Assembly: GCA_027053075.1 (NCBI GenBank)
Contig: JALUEE010000040.1
Location: 1-50,229, forward strand
Length of the DNA: 50,229 bases
Direction of reading: 5' to 3'
Source of the DNA: a candidate division WOR-3 bacterium
GTDB lineage: Bacteria > Hydrothermota > Hydrothermia > B15-G9 > WFZT01
Position 1 is the first letter of the stretch; each line of letters opens with the position of its first letter. Made by a program: the position numbers and the translations under genes. The notes beneath the pieces were generated by a model. It did not search any database. It was not told the DNA's origin and was given only the letters and a program-made list of their open reading frames with translations. Shown here one piece after another: positions 43,537-50,229 of the stretch.

Positions 43537-44184
43537 GTGATAGAATTATACAGCGTCTCCTCTGCCCTTACCGGAGAAATACTTAAAGCTGCAAATGAAG
43601 TTTCAAGGACATTGAGGGGTAAAGTATCTTTGGTAGAATACATTACCCTACCTGAAGTAGGACAGCATGTAGTATTGCGTTTCAGGCTTAGAGGAGAACC
43701 TTCCAACCTCGATGGAATAGACACAATTGAGAATATGCTGGATCGGCTGGTGGGAGAAAACTTCTGGGCCGTGATTGTGGGTGAGGCCTACAGAAAAGTT
43801 GATCCAGAATTTCCGCTGGATAAACTTCCGGCAAGGCTTGAGGAATTTTCAAAGATTGTTGCTAACATGCCTTTACCAGTTGCTTCACCCCCTTTTGCAT
43901 CGAAAATCAAAGAAGACGCACAGATTATTCGTGAAACCACTCCATTATCTCCTGACGATTGGGTCTGGGAAGTTGAAGTTCCTTTCAATAAAGAAGAAAA
44001 CTTACCAATTATCCGAATAGTTTCCGCAAAACCTCGAGGAAAAGAGTTGATTTCCATAGGAGGTCAAGAATACACCGTGGAATTCCTTCCTCCCGGTGAC
44101 AGCTACAAGACTCTTGTAAAAGTTTATCCCCTGGCGCGAAAATCTGGCATGGCCTTACTCCGATACATTTTCGAAGCCAGCTGA
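43537..44184 (+). CDS. Hypothetical protein
   Basis: 215-aa ORF with GGGGG SD and GTG start; no family recognised. Confidence 0.65.
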   Translation: MIELYSVSSALTGEILKAANEVSRTLRGKVSLVEYITLPEVGQHVVLRFRLRGEPSNLDGIDTIENMLDRLVGENFWAVIVGEAYRKVDPEFPLDKLPARLEEFSKIVANMPLPVASPPFASKIKEDAQIIRETTPLSPDDWVWEVEVPFNKEENLPIIRIVSAKPRGKELISIGGQEYTVEFLPPGDSYKTLVKVYPLARKSGMALLRYIFEAS

Positions 44185-44309
44185 GTGTGTTCGAAAATTC
44201 CCCCACCTATTTCCTCCCCCCACGCACAAAGTGCGTGGGGGGAGGAAATAGGTGGGGGCAAATTTTTCAACAAAAATTAATGGATTTGTGAGATTTTTCG
44301 AACAGGCTC
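44183..44309. mobile_element. 127-bp MITE with perfect 9-bp TSD and internal long palindrome
   Basis: Ends GAGTGTGTTCGAAAA / TTTTCGAACAGGCTC; AAGCCAGCT at 44174-44182 and 44310-44318. Confidence 0.92.
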
Positions 44310-44508
44310 AAGCCAGCTAAAACCTAATCTTTAATGATAAGATGAGATAAAACAGCAATTTGTTAGCCACGTAAAATTTTGTCTAAGTTGTGGGTAGATG
44401 AAAGTTTTTATAAGTTATCGGCTGGATTTTCCGCTTTTGATAAATTTGCAGTGAAAAATTTATATGAAAGTTATGTGGGGAAGATTTTAGGAAGGGAAAT
44501 TAAGGAGA

Positions 44509-44527
44509 GGGGCGCCGAAGGCGCCCC
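44509..44527 (-). terminator. Hairpin after the ABC substrate-binding gene
   Basis: GGGGCGCC-GAA-GGCGCCCC about 18 nt past the stop. Confidence 0.6.
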
Positions 44528-44544
44528 CATCCTAAACACAAAAT

Positions 44545-46077
44545 TTACTTTACTTCTCTGAAATCTCTATAGTACATCACGTGATCCGCACGTGGAGTGA
44601 AGATGATTCCCTTCTTGGCTGCAAACAGGTTCACATAGTAGTAAAGCGGGATGTAGGCCATATCGTTCAGAGCGAGACGTGTGATCTTGTGCATAATCTT
44701 TTCTCTCTTGGCCTGATTCATAAGCGTATCCTGCTCCTCGATCAACTTGTCAACTTTTGGATTGGAGTAACCGGCATCGTTGAATCTTCCGTATCCTCTC
44801 TGTTTGTCTCTCGTATGAAGAATATTGTCAAAGAATGCGGCACCGTCTGCGGATGAGCATGACCAACCAAGAAGGAAGAAGCTCGTCTTGTTACTGTTTA
44901 CCATGGGGAAGAAGACTGCCTTTGGAATTGCGTTAACTTTTACCTTGATTCCGATCTTTGCAAGGTCTGCAGCGATTGCAGCGGCAACCTTTTCATCGTT
45001 GATGTACCTGTCATTGGGGGCATCCAGTGTGACTTCAAAACCGTTGGGATAGCCGGCCTCTTTGAGAAGTTCTTTTGCCTTCTCTGGATTGTAAGGCTCC
45101 CTCTTGATTGTTGGATCATATCCGAAAACTGTGCTCGGGAAGTACTGGCTTGCAGGGGAGTTGTACCCGCGGTTGATGTATTTGATGATTCCTTCCACAT
45201 CGATTCCATAGTAGAAGGCCTTCCTTACTCTAACATCCTTGAACGGGTTCTCACCATGAGGGGTTTTGCCCTTGTAAATCTTATCCCTTGCGACATCCAC
45301 ACCGACAAAGATCAGCCTTAATCCATCAGTCTTGAGGAACGTGAATTTGGGGTTCTTTGCAATTCTTTCAGCATCTGTCAGAGGCACATCCTCGATTACA
45401 TCCACTGCTCCTGAGAGGAGAGCGGCAGTCCTTGCAGCGTCGTTGGTAAGAGGTCTCAGGATAACCTTGTCAAAGTAGGGCTTTGGACCCCAGTAGTCTT
45501 TGTTGGCAACGAGTGTAATATGGTCGCCCTTCACCCACTCTTTGAACTTGTATGGACCGGTTCCGATGGGGTGGAATGCAATATCCTCAGGTTTCGCATT
45601 CTCCGTTGATTCTTTGGACATAATCCTCAGTCTTCTCAAATCTCTGATAAGGACAGGGGCAGGTCTGCTGAGCTTGAAGATTACGGTGTACTTGTCTTTT
45701 ATGATGACGTCTTTGATGGGTTTGAAATAGACCTTGAACTGTGATTTCTCCCAGTTTTTGGCTCTATCTACTGTGTACTTCACATCTTCCGCGTCGAAAG
45801 GTGTACCATCGTGGAATTTGACGCCCTTTCTCAGGTGGAACACGATGGTTCTCGGGTCTTTGACTTCCCAGGAAGTGGCAAGACCAGGCTTTACATGGAG
45901 CTTCGCATCGAGCATCACGAGAGCATCGTAGATGTTGTAGTTGAAGGAGTTCGTAGGTGTTTCATTAAAGGCGAATGGATCGCCTGATCTCGGTTCGGAC
46001 GATAGTCCGACCACCAGTGTTTTTGCCGCCAATGATCCTGCAAAGATCATTGCGACTACTATGGCAAGCTTCCTCAT
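44545..46077 (-). CDS. dppA: Peptide/nickel ABC transporter substrate-binding protein (family 5)
   Basis: PGLATSW, LRKGVKFHDG, PIGTGPY, DVRVRKA, YSNP. Confidence 0.88.
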   Translation of the reverse strand: MRKLAIVVAMIFAGSLAAKTLVVGLSSEPRSGDPFAFNETPTNSFNYNIYDALVMLDAKLHVKPGLATSWEVKDPRTIVFHLRKGVKFHDGTPFDAEDVKYTVDRAKNWEKSQFKVYFKPIKDVIIKDKYTVIFKLSRPAPVLIRDLRRLRIMSKESTENAKPEDIAFHPIGTGPYKFKEWVKGDHITLVANKDYWGPKPYFDKVILRPLTNDAARTAALLSGAVDVIEDVPLTDAERIAKNPKFTFLKTDGLRLIFVGVDVARDKIYKGKTPHGENPFKDVRVRKAFYYGIDVEGIIKYINRGYNSPASQYFPSTVFGYDPTIKREPYNPEKAKELLKEAGYPNGFEVTLDAPNDRYINDEKVAAAIAADLAKIGIKVKVNAIPKAVFFPMVNSNKTSFFLLGWSCSSADGAAFFDNILHTRDKQRGYGRFNDAGYSNPKVDKLIEEQDTLMNQAKREKIMHKITRLALNDMAYIPLYYYVNLFAAKKGIIFTPRADHVMYYRDFREVK

Positions 46078-46125
46078 GCTTTACCTCCTTTTGTTTTATT
46101 GTAACCCTTTGACTTTGATTTGTCT

Positions 46126-47124
46126 TTAATATAAAAAGCATGCAACATAATGACCCGGCGAAACCTCTTTTATTTCAGGCCTTTCCTTCTTACACCTTTC
46201 AGTTGCATGGGGACATCTTGGATGGAATGGACAGCCTGGTGGCGGGTTGATCGGGGACGGAACCTCTCCCTCAATCGTGACCTTCAGAGGTTGCTTCACC
46301 TTCTCAACTGACGGAATTGACTCGAAAAGGGTTTTTGTATAGGGGTGCAACGGGTGCGTGAAAATTTCATCGGTATCCCCCATCTCAACAATATGCCCAA
46401 GATACATAACTGCGACCTTATTTGAAATATGCCTTACCACACTTAAATCATGGGCAATGAAAAGATAGGTCAGACCATACTTTTCCTGAAGGTCTTCCAT
46501 TAGATTAAGAATCTGGGCGCGAATGGAGACATCGAGAGCCGATATAGGCTCATCGGCCACAATAAATTCTGGCTCTGATGCAAGGGCACGTCCTATAGCT
46601 ATCCTCTGGCGCTGGCCACCTGAAAACTGGTGAGGATACCTGCTCATGTACTCCGGCTCAAGCCCCACATTCTTCATGATTTCGATAACTTTCTCGCGTT
46701 CCTCTTTCTTGTCTTTAACAAGTTTGTGCACTCTCAGGGGTTCGCTTATGAGCTGATAAACCTTCATTCTTGGATTAAGCGAAGAATAAGGGTCCTGAAA
46801 TATCATCTGAACATTTCTCTTAAAATCGCGTGGATTTTCTTTCAAAAAGCTGTCTATCGGCTTTCCTTTAAAGTAAATCTCACCGCCGGTTCGTTTGTAA
46901 AGCCCCACAATTGTACGACCTGTCGTGGTCTTGCCGCATCCACTTTCGCCAACAAGTGCAAAAGTATCCCCCTTCATTATCTCAAAAGAAACGCCATCAA
47001 TCGCCTTCACAAAAAGTCTGTTTCGTTTGAGCTTTCCATTCTCGAAGCGCCAGCCCTCAAACATTCCAAGTTTTACTGGAAAGTATTTCTTCAGATTTTC
47101 AACTTTTACAAGACTGTCTGTCAT
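46126..47124 (-). CDS. dppF: Peptide ABC transporter ATPase
   Basis: GESGCGKT, FSGGQRQR, ADEP, C-terminal GCPFHPRC. Confidence 0.9.
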   Translation of the reverse strand: MTDSLVKVENLKKYFPVKLGMFEGWRFENGKLKRNRLFVKAIDGVSFEIMKGDTFALVGESGCGKTTTGRTIVGLYKRTGGEIYFKGKPIDSFLKENPRDFKRNVQMIFQDPYSSLNPRMKVYQLISEPLRVHKLVKDKKEEREKVIEIMKNVGLEPEYMSRYPHQFSGGQRQRIAIGRALASEPEFIVADEPISALDVSIRAQILNLMEDLQEKYGLTYLFIAHDLSVVRHISNKVAVMYLGHIVEMGDTDEIFTHPLHPYTKTLFESIPSVEKVKQPLKVTIEGEVPSPINPPPGCPFHPRCPHATERCKKERPEIKEVSPGHYVACFLY

Positions 47125-48100
47125 CTGCGATTCTCCTATAGTTGAAGCATCTTACGTAATGGTTTTCTCCAACCTTTTCAAATTCCGGGGTTTCCTTTTC
47201 ACAAATATCAGTTTTGCAAAAACACCTTGGAGCAAATGCACATCCTGGTGGCAGATTCAGGAGGCTTGGCATAATCCCCGGTATCTGGTAAAGCCTTTTA
47301 CCGGTTCTACCTGAAAGCTTTGGGATTGAACGAATTAAGCCAATGGTGTACGGATGTTTGGGATTGAAAACAATCTCTTCGGTTGGGCCTATCTCCACCA
47401 TCTTACCGGCATACATAACGGCGATTCTATCGGCCATCTGAGCCACTACTCCCATGTCGTGGGTAATCAGAATTATCGAACTTCCTTTCTCTTGCGATAG
47501 CCTTCTCATAAGATTTAGCACCTGCGCCTGGATGGTTACATCCAACGCAGTAGTCGGTTCATCGGCAATGACAAGGTCCGGGTTGTTGGCAAGAGCAATT
47601 GCAATAACCACCCTCTGCCTCATACCACCAGAAAACTGATGAGGATAACTGCTTAAACGCTTCTCAGGTGAGGGTATACCTACGCTCCTGAGGAGCTCGA
47701 TACTTCTCTCTCTTATTTCACTTTTGGGCATATTCGGGTTATGGACTTTTATTGCCTCTTCAAGCTGATAACCTATGGTGAAAACAGGATTTAGAGAGGT
47801 TAAAGGGTCCTGGAAAACCATGCTGATATGGTTGCCACGAATATGCCTCATCTCCTCTTCAGATTTCGGGACAAGGTCTTCACCACGGAAAATAATCTGA
47901 CCGTCCACGATTTTACCCGGTGGATCTATTGCTTTTAAAATGGAAAAACCGGTGATGGATTTTCCTGCTCCTGACTCCCCCACAATGCCAAGGATTTCTT
48001 TCTCATTGACGTGAAAACTTACGTCATCAACTGCCTTTACAACACCTTTTTTCGTGAAGAAGTAAGTCTTTAAATTTTTAACCTCTAAAATTGCGGTCAT
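47099..48100 (-). CDS. dppD: Peptide ABC transporter ATPase
   Basis: GESGAGKS, FSGGMRQR, ADEPTTALD, GCAFAPRC. Confidence 0.9.
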   Translation of the reverse strand: MTAILEVKNLKTYFFTKKGVVKAVDDVSFHVNEKEILGIVGESGAGKSITGFSILKAIDPPGKIVDGQIIFRGEDLVPKSEEEMRHIRGNHISMVFQDPLTSLNPVFTIGYQLEEAIKVHNPNMPKSEIRERSIELLRSVGIPSPEKRLSSYPHQFSGGMRQRVVIAIALANNPDLVIADEPTTALDVTIQAQVLNLMRRLSQEKGSSIILITHDMGVVAQMADRIAVMYAGKMVEIGPTEEIVFNPKHPYTIGLIRSIPKLSGRTGKRLYQIPGIMPSLLNLPPGCAFAPRCFCKTDICEKETPEFEKVGENHYVRCFNYRRIADDRQSCKS

Positions 48101-48969
48101 CTTTTTAGTTTCGGATTCAAAATGTCTCTCAACCTATCTCCAACAAGGTTGATTCCCATAACAATGAGCATAAGGGCGACTCCTGGAAAGACAGAGACCC
48201 ACCAGTAGCCAGAGAAAAGAACCTGATAGCCGGAAGCAATCATTGAACCGAGCGAGGGCTTTGTAACAGGAACACCAAGACCAAGGAATGAAAGCGTTGC
48301 TTCAAGAATGATAGCATTTGCTATTCTCACCGTGCCAATAACAATAACAGGGGCAAGCACATTGGGGAGAATGTGTTTGAACATGATTCCAAGATTACTA
48401 ACTCCTATTACACGCGCAGAATCCACGTAATCCTTCTCCCTCTCAGCGAGGGTGGACCCCCTTACAGTTCGTGCATAATAGACCCAGCCAACTATGGTGA
48501 TAGCAATGATTATCTTATCCAGTCCCTGACCCCAGATTGCCATAATCATCAATGCAATGAGAAGAGCAGGGAATGAAAGCTGAATGTCTGCAAGTCTCAT
48601 TATGAGCTGATCGACCCATCCACCATAATAACCGGCAAGAAGGCCAAGAATAGTTCCGATAATCGCTGAGAAAACCGTGCTAACAATACCAACAAAAAGG
48701 GATATCCTCATTCCATAAAGAATGGTGGAGAATACTCCTCTACCCTGGTCATCAGTGCCAAGCCAGAACCTGATGTGATCGGCAACGTAACCAGGGGGTT
48801 TGTATGCATTCTGTAAGTTCAGCTCCTTCAAATCATAGGGATTCTGAGGCGCGATATAATTTGCAAAAATTGCTGCAAGAGTAAAAATTATGATCAAAGC
48901 TAACCCAAAAACGGCTTCCTTACTCTCAAAAAATTCCTGTACTGTCTCGTTCTGGAAAAACTTCTTCAT
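48097..48969 (-). CDS. dppC: Peptide ABC transporter permease
   Basis: LGTDDQGR, EAA-like loop, EATLSFLGLG. Confidence 0.9.
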   Translation of the reverse strand: MKKFFQNETVQEFFESKEAVFGLALIIIFTLAAIFANYIAPQNPYDLKELNLQNAYKPPGYVADHIRFWLGTDDQGRGVFSTILYGMRISLFVGIVSTVFSAIIGTILGLLAGYYGGWVDQLIMRLADIQLSFPALLIALMIMAIWGQGLDKIIIAITIVGWVYYARTVRGSTLAEREKDYVDSARVIGVSNLGIMFKHILPNVLAPVIVIGTVRIANAIILEATLSFLGLGVPVTKPSLGSMIASGYQVLFSGYWWVSVFPGVALMLIVMGINLVGDRLRDILNPKLKR

Positions 48970-49931
48970 TTCAACCTGATCCTCGGATCAAGGAATGTGT
49001 AAGTTATGTCAACGAGTAGGTTTATCAAAACAAATATGACAGCTACAATCATCAAATAGGCCACCACTACTGGCCTATCAAGCAAATGGATAGAATCAAT
49101 CACGAGTTTACCCATCCCGGGCCAGGCAAAAATGGTTTCTGTAACAACTGCAAATGCAAGAATTCCTCCAAAGTTCAATCCAATAATAGTGATGACAGGG
49201 ATCATGATATTTTTTAATGCGTGGACAAAAATGATTTTTCTTTTTGGTACACCCTTTATTCTGGCAAATTTAATATAATCCTGTAGCAAAACTTCCATCA
49301 TGCCTGCACGAACAAGCCTGACAATTAGAGCAAGGTGATACCCTGCAAGGGTAACCGATGGCAAAATGAGGTGTTTGATACCGTCCCAGGTGAGAAAGCT
49401 CCATGGAATGCCAAAAACACGTACGGTTTCACCCCTGCCAGAAGATGGCAACCAGCCGAGAGTTACAGCAAAGATCAAAATAAGCATAACACCCACCCAG
49501 AAGGTGGGGAAAGAAATGCCGAATAGAGACCCTATCATTATCAGTTTACTGTGAAGCTTTTCAGGATTTACCGCGGCTATGATTCCAAAAGGAATACCGA
49601 GTATAACAGCGATAAGTGTAGCAAAGAGAGCAAGCTCAAAGGTTGCAGGCATACGCTCAAAAATCAGCTCCACCGCCGGTGCATTATTTACATAGGAATA
49701 CCCAAGGTTTCCATGTAGGGCATGCTTTAAGAACTGGATGTACTGGACATGAAGAGGCTTATCGAGACCAAGGGCCTTTCTTAGTTGCGCAACCTCGACT
49801 TCGGTGGCATCTGGAGGCGCAAGAAGCTCCACCGGGTCTCCTGAAACATACACCATCACAAAAACAAGGACGGAGACCGCAAGCAAAACGATTACACTCT
49901 GCCATAATCTTCTAATGATAATCTCAAGCAT
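48966..49931 (-). CDS. dppB: Peptide ABC transporter permease
   Basis: GDP, LGLDKP, PTFW, HALKN, ETIFAWPGMG, LDPRI; TTGACT-17-TAAAAT promoter at 49946-49974. Confidence 0.9.
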   Translation of the reverse strand: MLEIIIRRLWQSVIVLLAVSVLVFVMVYVSGDPVELLAPPDATEVEVAQLRKALGLDKPLHVQYIQFLKHALHGNLGYSYVNNAPAVELIFERMPATFELALFATLIAVILGIPFGIIAAVNPEKLHSKLIMIGSLFGISFPTFWVGVMLILIFAVTLGWLPSSGRGETVRVFGIPWSFLTWDGIKHLILPSVTLAGYHLALIVRLVRAGMMEVLLQDYIKFARIKGVPKRKIIFVHALKNIMIPVITIIGLNFGGILAFAVVTETIFAWPGMGKLVIDSIHLLDRPVVVAYLMIVAVIFVLINLLVDITYTFLDPRIRLK

Positions 49932-50229
49932 GACAAGTGCGTGGAATTTTATACATTAATCACAAAACAGTCAAGATTTGAATTCCTATAAATTAGGTTT
50001 TTATGTGAACTTGCAAAGATAACAAGTCTGTAAATTTATTCAATCAAGAGCAAGTTGGCAGTTTGGAGGTTATTTAATTTTAACAGTGTAGATTGTTTTA
50101 ATTAGGGGATCACAGGGAGTGCATTTTTTAATTCTGCTCCAATTTTGATATTATTTACCCGAGAGGTCTTTGAACTACAGTTTTCCGGCATTTAAAGAAA
50201 TTTTTTTTATAGTTGGGGGCGCCGCGCAC

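Noticed and set aside
42479..44545. tRNA-anchored genomic island
   Set aside because: No integrase, and no duplicated tRNA 3' end was seen
50212..50229. Start of another hairpin like 20667-20701
   Set aside because: Cut by the window edge, so the second arm cannot be seen

Overview
Bacterial chromosome segment from a diderm (LptD, LptE, SurA, beta-barrel-like proteins), probably thermophilic organism. The gene set (T9SS-like C-terminal domain protein, Thermococcales-like mpgS/mpgP) would fit a hydrothermal lineage such as WOR-3/Ca. Hydrothermae, which is inference only. Housekeeping blocks: mfd-PPIase-surA; recF-dciA-gyrB-hutI-lptE-rlmD; SSS transporter-panE-ThrRS-editing domain-GDPD; icd-like; mpgS-mpgP; thiW ECF transporter; lptD-rbfA-truB-ribF; split class I fumarase; pyrB-pyrC-transketolase N half-tRNA-Lys; a dpp-type ABC operon. 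Mobile DNA: an intact IS630 (needs a +1 frameshift), an IS4-family remnant with a derived mini-element, and an IS1380. The most notable unannotated structure is a family of non-autonomous elements (15-bp TIR GAGnnTGTTCGAAAA, 9-bp target duplications) that carry REP-like hairpins. One copy sits in frame inside an ECF ATPase gene (45 extra codons), one supplies a stop codon, and its hairpin stem appears to be the specific target of the IS4 element. Other highlights are a free-standing archaeal-type ThrRS editing domain with altered key residues in a panE operon, a DEDDh exonuclease-WYL fusion, and many leaderless-looking promoters. No CRISPR array or rRNA was seen.
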